Source: Ignicoccus islandicus DSM 13165 (lineage in GTDB: Archaea > Thermoproteota > Thermoprotei_A > Sulfolobales > Ignicoccaceae). Taken from it: a DNA stretch of 32,000 nucleotides. Positions within the stretch are counted from its first letter, which is position 1. Each line of letters starts with the position of its first letter. Shown here piece after piece: positions 1-8,078 of this stretch. The stretch spans positions 660,001 through 692,000 of the forward strand of contig NZ_CP006867.1 of the NCBI RefSeq assembly GCF_001481685.1, given 5' to 3'. Position numbers and translations under genes: made by a program. Under the pieces are notes generated by a model. That model was given only the letters and a program-made list of their open reading frames with translations, did no database searches and was not told the DNA's origin.

Positions 1-1
1 T

Positions 2-148
2 ATATTATTGGCATACCAGTTGAATGCGGTGCTTGTGAGTAACGATGAAGGACTATGCGAATTAGCTAGGAGACTGGGCGTCAGTTGCATTGACCCAATA
101 ACGTTTTTCGACACCATAGAGGAATATTTGAGGCTCGCAAAGAGCTGA
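2..148 (+). CDS. C-terminal fragment of a PIN-domain-like protein (5' end outside window)
   Basis: Frame is open from the window edge to TGA at 146-148. Translation ILLAYQLNAVLVSNDEGLCELARRLGVSCIDPITFFDTIEEYLRLAKS resembles the C-terminal xVxSxD...GV.xI part of PIN/VapC/Fcf1-type nucleases. Not in the ORF track because it has no start. Confidence 0.35.
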   Translation: MLLAYQLNAVLVSNDEGLCELARRLGVSCIDPITFFDTIEEYLRLAKS

Positions 149-198
149 GGAAAAGAATTTGTAAAGAAGAACGTGTATTTAATTTAGGAGAAGTTCTC

Positions 199-1248
199 AT
201 GACCGTTAAAGTCGCAATAAATGGATTTGGAACTATAGGTAAGAGGGTCGCTGAGGCCGTTCTTAAGCAAGACGATATGGAATTAGTTGGCGTCACTAAA
301 ACTCGACCGGATTACTTGGCCAAAGCAGCTTCTCTCAGGGGTTTATTATACGTACCTGAGGAAAAACTCCAAGACTTCGAGAAAAGTGGAATAGAAGTGG
401 CCGGAACGCTCGACGAACTTTTACGGAAAGTCGATGTTGTCGTGGACGCTACCCCGGGCGGCATAGGTAAGGAGTACAAGAAAGTTTACGAGAAGTACGG
501 CGTTAAGGCGATATTTCAAGGAGGCGAGAAACACGAAGTTGCTGGCTTCAGTTTCTCGACTCTATGTAACTATGAGGAAGCTCACGGTAAGCAGTACGCT
601 AGAGTAGTCTCATGCAACACAACGGGATTACTGAGAGTTCTCTGTACATTACACAAGGAAATAGGCATTGAGAAAGTAAGGGCCACAATCGTAAGGAGAG
701 GCGCAGATCCCCATGAAACAAAAAGAGGGCCCATCAACGCAATTGTTCCGAATCCGGTAACTCTACCTAGCCATCACGGCATCGATGTTCGAACAGTACT
801 TGACATAGACATTGCAACAACAGCAGTGGTAGTTCCAACTACTATCATGCACCTACACGTACTAAATATAGTTCTAAAAGAGAACGTAAGTAAAGAGAAG
901 ATATTAGAGGCTCTCGAGGCAGCACCTAGGATCCTAGTAATACCGAGCGAGTTTAGCGGCATTAAAGATACGGCCAAAATAATTGAAATGGCACGCGACA
1001 TGGGCAGGAAGAGATACGATCTCAACGAACTCGCCGTATTTGAGGAAAGTATTTCCGTGAACGGAAAGGAACTCTTCTTAATGCAAGCCGTTCATCAAGA
1101 AAGCATTGTTGTACCAGAAAACATTGACGCGATCCGTGCGCTCGCCACTAACGTATCGAAAGAAGAGAGCATAAGGAAAACAGATAGTACCCTCGGTCTA
1201 GTTAAGACGTTCGATGACGTATTAAAGGTAATATCGCGATTCGAATAA
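199..1248 (+). CDS. gap: Glyceraldehyde-3-phosphate dehydrogenase, archaeal phosphorylating type
   Basis: 349 aa. N-terminal Rossmann motif VAINGFGTIGKRVAEAV and catalytic-Cys motif VVSCNTTGL, with length and layout typical of archaeal GAPDH. ATG start follows AGGAG and a TATTTAAT box. Confidence 0.95.
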   Translation: MTVKVAINGFGTIGKRVAEAVLKQDDMELVGVTKTRPDYLAKAASLRGLLYVPEEKLQDFEKSGIEVAGTLDELLRKVDVVVDATPGGIGKEYKKVYEKYGVKAIFQGGEKHEVAGFSFSTLCNYEEAHGKQYARVVSCNTTGLLRVLCTLHKEIGIEKVRATIVRRGADPHETKRGPINAIVPNPVTLPSHHGIDVRTVLDIDIATTAVVVPTTIMHLHVLNIVLKENVSKEKILEALEAAPRILVIPSEFSGIKDTAKIIEMARDMGRKRYDLNELAVFEESISVNGKELFLMQAVHQESIVVPENIDAIRALATNVSKEESIRKTDSTLGLVKTFDDVLKVISRFE

Positions 1249-1355
1249 CATTACATCTTTTCATTACATTTTTCCATTTGTCTAATTATTAGAAAGGTGT
1301 GTTAATGAGTGCTAAGACTTATTTTTTCAATTAGGTATTCCTAACGGGGCTTCGA

Positions 1356-3428
1356 ATGACGTGTAGTTTAAAAATTCCAATAGCGGGACAGCCCAACGTA
1401 GGAAAATCGACTTTTATTAATGCAGTCCTTGGAGAGTATGTTACAGAGATAGCCAATTGGCCGGGAGCAACCGTTGAGGTAAAGGTAATTGAAGCAAAAG
1501 TAGGCAATCGTGAGGTGTGCTTAATAGACCTACCCGGTGCATATTCTCTTAGTGGTGGTAGTGAAGAAGAGCGTGTGACAGCGAAATTCTTACTTGAAGA
1601 AGATTTCGACAACGTGATTCTACTAGGTGACGCAACGGCTCCACACAGAACCTTCTATCTTATAGTCCAAGTACTCGAGTTATTGGGAATAGGTGTAATA
1701 GCCCTAAATAAGTACGATAGAGCACTAAAAGCTGGTATTCACATCAATAGTGAGGCCTTAAGTAAGAGGTTAGGCAAACCAGTCTTTCTGATATCAGCTG
1801 TAACGAGAGAAGGCGTTCACGAGGTAATCGAAAAGGCTCTCGAAAAGCAATCGCCGAAGTATTTAGACATAGATTACGGAGACTTGGAATACTATGTCGT
1901 ACAAATCTCAAAGATGATCTCGAGACTAAACCTAAAAGGCAATCCGAGGTGGTATGCAGCCGAGTTCTTATTAGGCAATCAATTAGTAGACGAAATTATC
2001 AAGAACAAGGACGCTGAAATCTATGAGAAAGCTAAAGAAATGAGGGAAATGGCTGCAAAGGAACTCGGTGACCTCTATAAGATCGTTATCGATAGCAGAA
2101 TTAATTTCATCGAGAAATTGTTTGAAGGTCTTATTCATAGAGAAAAGGTAGCTGACAAGGAGAGTAGTACGATAGCGATGCTATTGGATAACGTGTTCAT
2201 GCACCCAATAGGAGGTTTCATAGCATCGATTCTAATACTATTTGGCATCTTTACAATAGCGTTCACAATTAATACCGGTTATCCATTAAATGTTATATTC
2301 GAGAACTTAGGCCAAGAATCAATCGCAGAAGCCTTAGAAAACTACAGCCTCTCCGGCATACTATCTTCGATATTTGATTCTATGACAGAGATAGCGAACT
2401 CGTCGTTACCACAGCCAATAGGATCTCTCATAGGTGATGGCGTAATTGCTGGAGTTGGTGCCGTACTTACCTTCTTCCCACTGATCTTCACAGTCTACCT
2501 ACTGCTCGCCTTACTGGAAGATTCCGGTCTCGCTACTAGGATAGCGGTTGCTATGGATACAATCTTCAGAGCCGTTGGTTTAAACGGAAAGGCAGTATTC
2601 CCATCTATAGTTAGTTTAGGTTGTAACGTACCGGGCGTTATGGCAACTAGAGTGCTTAGAGAGAGGGAATCCAGGATAGCAATGGCTCTAAGCTTGCCGT
2701 TCCTGCCCTGTCAAGCCAGGTTGGTCGTTCTATTAGCACTCGCTTCAGTACTACCGGCGCCACTCAACTCCGCCTCGCTTGTCCTTACGTACATACTGTC
2801 AATTGCAACGTTCCTATTGGTAACATTTGTCATGATGAGAATAGTGTTCAAGAAATCAGAGGAACCGTTGCTGCTTGAGTTACCGCCCTATCACGTCCCG
2901 AAGCTGAGAGTCGTTACGTGGATGGCTTGGGACAACGCAAAACACTTCCTAAGGAAGGCCGGAACAGTTATACTTTTCTTCTCAATAGTCTTATGGTTCC
3001 TGTTACACGTAAGTCCATCGGGTGCCTATGTTGAAGAAGAGACGGAAAGTATTGCGGCGTATCTAGGGAAACTATTTGAAGTAGTTCCAATGGTCGTGCT
3101 AGAGACAAGTAAGGAAACTTCATGGATCTTGTCGTTTGCTATGATAGTAGGCTCAATAGCGAAAGAGGTAATACTTGAAACGTTAGCAATACTCACCGGC
3201 ACTTCGTCCGTCGATCAAATGGTAGTTAAACTTCATTTGAATCAAGCTCAAGTGTTAGGTCTGATGGTTGCAGTGGCTCTAAGTATACCGTGTGTAGCAA
3301 CGATAGCAGTAATTTACTCAGAGACTGGAAGCTGGAAATGGACGTTGGCTTCGATACTTCTTTCCACGATAGTTTCCGCAATAGAGGCATCTATAGTATA
3401 CAGAATCTTCTCTGTAATACTCGGGTGA
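1356..3428 (+). CDS. feoB: Ferrous iron transport protein B (FeoB)
   Basis: 690 aa. N-terminal GTPase domain (IAGQPNVGKSTFINAVLG, DLPGAYSL, NKYD) followed by a long polytopic membrane domain with gate-like motifs. No FeoA-like ORF is adjacent. Confidence 0.92.
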   Translation: MTCSLKIPIAGQPNVGKSTFINAVLGEYVTEIANWPGATVEVKVIEAKVGNREVCLIDLPGAYSLSGGSEEERVTAKFLLEEDFDNVILLGDATAPHRTFYLIVQVLELLGIGVIALNKYDRALKAGIHINSEALSKRLGKPVFLISAVTREGVHEVIEKALEKQSPKYLDIDYGDLEYYVVQISKMISRLNLKGNPRWYAAEFLLGNQLVDEIIKNKDAEIYEKAKEMREMAAKELGDLYKIVIDSRINFIEKLFEGLIHREKVADKESSTIAMLLDNVFMHPIGGFIASILILFGIFTIAFTINTGYPLNVIFENLGQESIAEALENYSLSGILSSIFDSMTEIANSSLPQPIGSLIGDGVIAGVGAVLTFFPLIFTVYLLLALLEDSGLATRIAVAMDTIFRAVGLNGKAVFPSIVSLGCNVPGVMATRVLRERESRIAMALSLPFLPCQARLVVLLALASVLPAPLNSASLVLTYILSIATFLLVTFVMMRIVFKKSEEPLLLELPPYHVPKLRVVTWMAWDNAKHFLRKAGTVILFFSIVLWFLLHVSPSGAYVEEETESIAAYLGKLFEVVPMVVLETSKETSWILSFAMIVGSIAKEVILETLAILTGTSSVDQMVVKLHLNQAQVLGLMVAVALSIPCVATIAVIYSETGSWKWTLASILLSTIVSAIEASIVYRIFSVILG

Positions 3429-3499
3429 TTTCTAAGTACATCTATGTACCCACTTTGAACTACTTTTTACATCTATTAGAAGAAGGGTGGACCTAGAGT

Positions 3500-3697
3500 A
3501 TGAACGTCTCGACATCTAGGGATAACGATTTCGATTACCACTTCCTTACTTACATGCTTACTAAGATAGATCAATGGAAGAGAGACGTTATGGAGGTATG
3601 TAATGTTTTCGAAATAGGCGAGGAGGAAAAGAGAAAGGCCTTAAGCGATCTCGATAGGCTAGAAGAGGAAATACTTGATATACTTATTTTTCACTAA
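3500..3697 (+). CDS. Hypothetical small protein (65 aa)
   Basis: ATG preceded by an AGGGTGG SD-like element. Acidic helical C-terminus, no recognisable motif. Same direction as the downstream rpp21. Confidence 0.35.
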   Translation: MNVSTSRDNDFDYHFLTYMLTKIDQWKRDVMEVCNVFEIGEEEKRKALSDLDRLEEEILDILIFH

Positions 3698-3721
3698 ACC
3701 TACCCCTTGGAAGCGAGAGGA

Positions 3722-4066
3722 ATGAAGAAAGACTCAAGGAAGTTACAACGCCAGGTGGCTAGGGAAGCATTTTTCGAACTTATTGAAATTTCCAGAAAAG
3801 AGGTAAGGAGTGGAAACTGGGAAAGGGCCTCTCAGTTAGGTGAACTGGCTTTCAAAGTGGCTCGGAAGGGAAAAGTAAGAGTACCTATTGAGACTAAGAG
3901 AGCCTTCTGTAGGAGGTGCCACATACCTCTCATTCCAGGTATTACAGCACGCATTAGATTGAGACGCAAAGGGAGGTTAACGATCGTCCTCTCATGTTTA
4001 AATTGTGGATACGTACGTAGATATCCGGTAACGGAAGTTGAGAGTAAGGGATCTCCATCAGAGTAA
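3722..4066 (+). CDS. rnp4: RNase P protein component 4 (Rpp21/Rnp4)
   Basis: Helical N-terminus plus a C-terminal zinc ribbon, FCRRCHIPLIPG...RLRRKGRLTIVLSCLNCGYVRRYP, typical of Rpp21. The ORF track starts at TTG 3707; I prefer ATG 3722, which follows GAGAGGA. Confidence 0.8.
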   Translation: MKKDSRKLQRQVAREAFFELIEISRKEVRSGNWERASQLGELAFKVARKGKVRVPIETKRAFCRRCHIPLIPGITARIRLRRKGRLTIVLSCLNCGYVRRYPVTEVESKGSPSE

Positions 4067-4319
4067 GCCTACTGTTTATATAGGAAAAAATGGAGTAACT
4101 GAAAGCGTTATTGCTGAAATAAAGAGACAGCTTAACGACAAAGGATACGTAAAAGTTAAGGTTCAGAAAAACATTATTAGATATCAAGGAGTTGACAGGA
4201 AAGACGTTGCTTACCAAGTTGCTGAAATGGTAGGGGCTAAACTTTTAGAGATACGAGGGAGAACGTTCATTTTACTGAAAGATAATGAGGGAAGATATAG
4301 TGGTAGAAGTTTGTCATAA
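4038..4319 (+). CDS. YhbY/CRM-domain RNA-binding protein
   Basis: 93 aa. KPTVYIGKNGVTESVIAEIKRQLNDKGYVKVKV...LEIRGRTFILLK matches the YhbY (CRS1/CRM) fold signature. TTG start overlaps the end of rnp4 by 29 nt. Confidence 0.72.
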   Translation: MRVRDLHQSKPTVYIGKNGVTESVIAEIKRQLNDKGYVKVKVQKNIIRYQGVDRKDVAYQVAEMVGAKLLEIRGRTFILLKDNEGRYSGRSLS

Positions 4320-4533
4320 GGGATGTAAGGACGTTTGTGAAAGTGGGGACTGCGAAATTAAAATTAACTTAGGCAGTAACGTTAGTATGAGAGAGATGGC
4401 TTCACTAATAATAGAGATACTGGGTGCCGAGGAAATAAGAGTTGTTAATAGACCGCGCGGTAGGTTACTAAATGCTCTAATTGAAGTAGCAGATTGGTTT
4501 GGGATCAAAATTACCTGGGAGAAAGATCTCTAA
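4285..4533 (+). CDS. Hypothetical small Cys-rich protein (82 aa)
   Basis: ATG ORF with an N-terminal CHKGCKDVCESGDC (CX3CX3CX4C) cluster. Overlaps the yhbY-like gene by 35 nt and the convergent trm1 3' end by 23 nt. No family recognised. Confidence 0.33.
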   Translation: MREDIVVEVCHKGCKDVCESGDCEIKINLGSNVSMREMASLIIEILGAEEIRVVNRPRGRLLNALIEVADWFGIKITWEKDL

Positions 4534-5695
4534 CGATGTTCATTACGACGTCGAGCGGTGCGTTCGTCTTTACGTTCCTATAATCATAGTGTGTAATTAC
4601 TGCACGATATCCTAGCTCTTTAAGTCTTTCAACGACCAGCTTAGGTTTGGGCATATGTGTTTTTAGGGAACTGCAGATGCTTTCTATACTATATGAATAG
4701 GGCACCCCGATGGAATCCTCTTCAAGGATTCTTAATAAGAACTTCTTTATTTCCTCGTTTTTAACTATCTCCAGTTTATCCTTAAAGAATTTCTCGTCAG
4801 TAAGGTTACCTAACCAAATTGGTCCTATGAGCTTCCTTGGGTTGCTTACCGCGTCCTCTGGTAAGGGGTAACCTTTTATGGGGATTACTTCTAAACCATT
4901 AATGTAGAGATATCCTAGGTTCTTTAACGTCTCATCTACCCTTCCAGCCCCCCTCTCTGCTTTAAAGGTAACTCGTACGTAATAATCCTTGAAAAAGGAG
5001 AACAAAGGCCTTAAAGCTACTTCCCTGATCGCGGCTAATCTTATAGCTGCGGAAATCAACGTCCTTATCGCAACTTCTTTCGAAAAAGGTGTTCTTACGA
5101 TCTTTACTGAATACCTCCTAAGGGCCGTATTAGGACGAGCTCCGCTTAAGGCGGCGGTATCGGTTGCTGTTAAGGCAATTAAACCATTTCTCTTGACGCT
5201 CCTCACGGCACCGTCTAGAAATGGTATAGGGGAACCGAATGGGTCTATGTCAACGATATCGTAATAAGTTTCCCTAATTTTCTTCGAATGAAGGACAACA
5301 TGGGCGTCTTCTTGTATAGCTCTGATCTTTTTGTCAACGCTATTAAGCTTTGCATTTACGTTAAGTAAACGAATAGCTAAGGGATTTAAGTCAGCTGCTA
5401 GAACGAAGTCGGCATTCGCTTCCTTAGCGTATCTAACGCTTCTTACGCCACTTCCAGCTAGGGGTTCTAGGACCGTCAGAGAGTTATTAGAAGCTCTATA
5501 TATTCTGGCGATTTCGATTGCAGTATCTCTATTGAATTTCGCTTTGGGATTATAGAAGACGGGGGCATGTGCCGGTTCGTAAATACCATCGCTCCTCACG
5601 TAAAAACTCATGGATGGTACGACTACTTTTACTTCCCCTTCGTCAATTAAATCTACGGGAAATCCCAATTCCTTCTCTATCTGAGTTAAGTCCAA
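4511..5695 (-). CDS. trm1: tRNA (guanine(26)-N2)-dimethyltransferase Trm1
   Basis: 394 aa. FYNPKAKFNRDTAI, LEPLAGSGVRSVRYA and DIDPFGSPIPFLD motifs are characteristic of Trm1. TTG start. Confidence 0.92.
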   Translation of the reverse strand: MDLTQIEKELGFPVDLIDEGEVKVVVPSMSFYVRSDGIYEPAHAPVFYNPKAKFNRDTAIEIARIYRASNNSLTVLEPLAGSGVRSVRYAKEANADFVLAADLNPLAIRLLNVNAKLNSVDKKIRAIQEDAHVVLHSKKIRETYYDIVDIDPFGSPIPFLDGAVRSVKRNGLIALTATDTAALSGARPNTALRRYSVKIVRTPFSKEVAIRTLISAAIRLAAIREVALRPLFSFFKDYYVRVTFKAERGAGRVDETLKNLGYLYINGLEVIPIKGYPLPEDAVSNPRKLIGPIWLGNLTDEKFFKDKLEIVKNEEIKKFLLRILEEDSIGVPYSYSIESICSSLKTHMPKPKLVVERLKELGYRAVITHYDYRNVKTNAPLDVVMNIVRDLSPR

Positions 5696-5740
5696 TTCTT
5701 ACAACCTGGAGGATACATCGGAGAAATGTTAAAGGGTGTG

Positions 5741-5798
5741 TGGTAGCCGGGCGGGGATTCGAACCCCGGTCACGGGGGTTCCCCCCACCTTCCCGGCT
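5741..5798 (-). other. 58-nt tRNA-like element: acceptor stem, short hairpin, T arm and ACCA. Truncated tRNA, split-tRNA 3' half or pseudogene.
   Basis: RNA sense is AGCCGGG AAGGT GGGGG GAA CCCCC GTGAC CGGGG TTCGAAT CCCCG CCCGGCT A CCA. It has a perfect 7-bp acceptor pairing, a canonical T arm, a 5-nt variable loop and encoded CCA. Only 23 nt sit where the D arm and anticodon arm should be. Confidence 0.4.
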
Positions 5799-5832
5799 CG
5801 CGACCCCCTCCCCTTAGGAGCCCTCCGCCTAG

Positions 5833-5939
5833 TGGCGGGCCCGCGGGGATTTGAACCCCGGACCACCGGCTTTCTTCCCGACGAAACCCCGCATGACGGA
5901 TAGGAGGCCGGCGCTCTGTCCTAGCTGAGCTACGGGCCC
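5833..5939 (-). tRNA. tRNA-Arg(CCT) with 29-nt intron at 37/38, CCA encoded
   Basis: RNA sense is GGGCCCG TA GCTC AGCTAGGACA GAGC G CCGGC CTCCTA [intron] A GCCGG TGGTC CGGGG TTCAAAT CCCCG CGGGCCC G CCA. All four stems are Watson-Crick. Confidence 0.9.
5872..5900 (-). other. tRNA-Arg intron (canonical 37/38 position)
   Basis: Intron is TCCGTCATGCGGGGTTTCGTCGGGAAGAA. Its 3' GAAG pairs with loop nt 32-35 (3 of 4 pairs), and CCG near its 5' end pairs with an internal CGG, giving a relaxed bulge-helix-bulge. Confidence 0.8.
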
Positions 5940-5963
5940 TCGTGAAATCCACTCCAAATCCAA

Positions 5964-5972
5964 TCTAAAAAG
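5964..5972 (-). promoter_or_regulatory. Putative TATA box for the tRNA-Arg transcription unit
   Basis: Minus-strand CTTTTTAGA lies about 25-33 nt upstream of the tRNA 5' end and overlaps the stop codon of the upstream UPF0179-like gene. Confidence 0.4.
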
Positions 5973-6453
5973 TTTTCTTTCTTCTTTCGCTCTTTAATCT
6001 CGTGTTAACCCTCTGGGGAATCCCTATTACTTTATAAAGGGTGTAGCCCTTGGGACACTCGACTTTCTCTATTACTTCATTAATTCTTACTTTAACCCTC
6101 CTACCTAGTTTGTGCTTACGTCCCGTGCACTCCTCCCATAGAGGACACTTCTTGTTATCGCAATAGATGGGCGTATATTCTACTATGCTACCCTCAAGGG
6201 CTAACTTCGCTGGTACAATTAAAGGCACGCCCAGCTCTTCTACTTCAGCTACTACTACTTTCCCGTGTATCTTACATGGGTGTTCTATGACACCTAATTT
6301 AGCCTTTACCTCGTAGAGCCACCCTCTTTTTAATACGGAACATTTTTCCTTAAGCCAACAAGATTCACACGAGGGTAAGATTCCGGTAGCTATGAATCTA
6401 TCGCCTTCCTTAAAGTGGGTCGGTATTGGTACAACCAGCTTCTTACCAGCCAT
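5965..6453 (-). CDS. UPF0179-family Cys-rich protein
   Basis: 162 aa. The pattern FKEGDRFIATG..C..C..K..C...G..Y.V......H.C..HG.VVVAEVE... then C..KKC.L...C......G..V...I...V.C..G..L..V matches my recollection of archaeal UPF0179 proteins. ATG start. Confidence 0.55.
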   Translation of the reverse strand: MAGKKLVVPIPTHFKEGDRFIATGILPSCESCWLKEKCSVLKRGWLYEVKAKLGVIEHPCKIHGKVVVAEVEELGVPLIVPAKLALEGSIVEYTPIYCDNKKCPLWEECTGRKHKLGRRVKVRINEVIEKVECPKGYTLYKVIGIPQRVNTRLKSERRKKTF

Positions 6454-6487
6454 TCGTAATCACCTTAATTTATTGTCAGCCTATAAT

Positions 6488-7351
6488 ATGAAATCTAATA
6501 GGGTTGAAGTATTAATGACGCGATATGTACTAATCAAGTTACCAGAGGAGCTATATGAAGAGTTAGAGAAACGAGCAAGAGAGGAGGGATATACTCTCGT
6601 TAGCGACTTCGTTAGAGATATAATAAACAGGGAATTGGGTAAGACGCCCTTCAACCCGAGGAAGCTTGAGCAGAGGATAGAGAGAATAGAGAATGGCGAT
6701 TTACCTCCTAGGCTTCAAGACGCTATATGGAGGCTCATAGAGGAGGCCCTCTCTGCTAAGTTAGCTTCTCAACTACCTCTAGATGAGGTCTCTTCGGTAG
6801 AATCACTCGAGAAACTGAACAAGAAGATTGAACGAGAGATACAGAAGCTACTGATTCCTTGGACTGAGAAAATAGACGATCTAGCTAAGAGAATAGCACA
6901 GCTTACAGAGGAGCTCGAAGAGATAAAAGAGAAAGTCAATACTGAGAAGACTAAAGAGGAGGAAGAGGTAAGCGAAAGAAAACAGAGACGGATGGATGAG
7001 CATAAGGAGAGACGGAGATTTACTGCGTTAGATAGACTCAAAGCCCAAGGAATAATTTTCGAGAGCGACTTAAGAACGATAAAGTTCAAAGATTCCTTCT
7101 TTGAGAAATTGAGGAAAGGGGGTGCCAAGATACTAACTACGAGTCGCTATGGTAGAATAGCTGTTCATCCGGATGTGTGGGAGAAATTCTTGGAGGTACT
7201 TAATGAGAGCACGAGTGGCGACGACGCTGAAGTGTTAGAGAAGTTAGACTCGGAAGCCCTTAAGATGTTATTCAGCGCTTTACGGGAAGACGGTCTGCTA
7301 ATATTCGATAGAAGTCTGGGAAGGTGGGTATTGGAGGAAAGTGTTGAATGA
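6488..7351 (+). CDS. Ribbon-helix-helix (CopG-like) protein with long Glu/Lys coiled coil and an unknown C-terminal domain
   Basis: YVLIKLPEELYEELEKRAREEGYTLVSDFVRDIINREL is a classic RHH beta-alpha-alpha. The middle (residues about 100-200) is EK-rich heptad-like sequence. ORF-track start 6392 would overlap the divergent gene, so I prefer ATG 6488, about 22 nt downstream of AATTTATTG (leaderless-like). Confidence 0.6.
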   Translation: MKSNRVEVLMTRYVLIKLPEELYEELEKRAREEGYTLVSDFVRDIINRELGKTPFNPRKLEQRIERIENGDLPPRLQDAIWRLIEEALSAKLASQLPLDEVSSVESLEKLNKKIEREIQKLLIPWTEKIDDLAKRIAQLTEELEEIKEKVNTEKTKEEEEVSERKQRRMDEHKERRRFTALDRLKAQGIIFESDLRTIKFKDSFFEKLRKGGAKILTTSRYGRIAVHPDVWEKFLEVLNESTSGDDAEVLEKLDSEALKMLFSALREDGLLIFDRSLGRWVLEESVE

Positions 7352-7379
7352 CTTCCCTCAAGTTTCATAAATAGTCTAT

Positions 7380-8078
7380 ATGCCTATCCGTCCGGTTCTA
7401 GGGGAATTGGCGAGTTGCATACGGACGGTTAATATTACTAAGAGTTACGTAATTAATGGCAAGAAAGTAAAGGTCTTAAAAGAAACGAACCTAGAGGTCG
7501 AATGCGGGCAACTGGTTTCAATTGTTGGACCTTCAGGAGCAGGGAAATCTACTCTACTAAATATTCTCTCTACGATAGATTCACCTAGTAAGGGGCGCGT
7601 AGAGCACCTAGGTGTGACCGTTTATCCCAGAGGCGAGGATTGGAGAGCTAAGTGGAGAAGAGATCACGTAGGCGTAGTTCTCCAATTCATTTTCTTGGTT
7701 CCTACCCTAACGGCTTACGAAAACGTCCTCCTAGCCCTCGAACTATCTAAAAAGTTCAAAGATAGAGTTAGGAGAGCTTTAAAAATTCTCGAAACAGTCG
7801 GCCTCATCGACAAAGCTGATAGATATCCAAGTGAGTTGTCTGGGGGAGAACAACAACGGGTGGCCTTGGCAAGGGCGATAGCCAACGATCCGGAAATCAT
7901 AATTGCTGACGAACCACTTTCGAATTTAGATAGGCAGAATAGAATAATGCTTTCCAAGCTCCTCCGAAAATTGGCTGACGAAGGTAAAGCGGTAGTTGTA
8001 ACGACGCACGAAGACGAGCTAGTTCGCGTATCTGACATCGTATGCGAAATGAAGAGAGGTGAACTAAATTGTCCCTAA
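7380..8078 (+). CDS. ABC transporter ATP-binding protein (MacB/LolD-like)
   Basis: Walker A GPSGAGKSTLLN, Q-loop, signature LSGGEQQRVALARA, Walker B IIIADEPLSNLD and an H-loop TTHE. Confidence 0.9.
   Translation: MPIRPVLGELASCIRTVNITKSYVINGKKVKVLKETNLEVECGQLVSIVGPSGAGKSTLLNILSTIDSPSKGRVEHLGVTVYPRGEDWRAKWRRDHVGVVLQFIFLVPTLTAYENVLLALELSKKFKDRVRRALKILETVGLIDKADRYPSELSGGEQQRVALARAIANDPEIIIADEPLSNLDRQNRIMLSKLLRKLADEGKAVVVTTHEDELVRVSDIVCEMKRGELNCP

Noticed and set aside
5569-5952. ORFs 5569-5817 (+) and 5770-5952 (-) with Gly/Arg/Pro-rich translations
   Set aside because: They run through the GC-rich tRNA-Arg gene and the tRNA-like element. Their composition reflects tRNA sequence, not coding potential.
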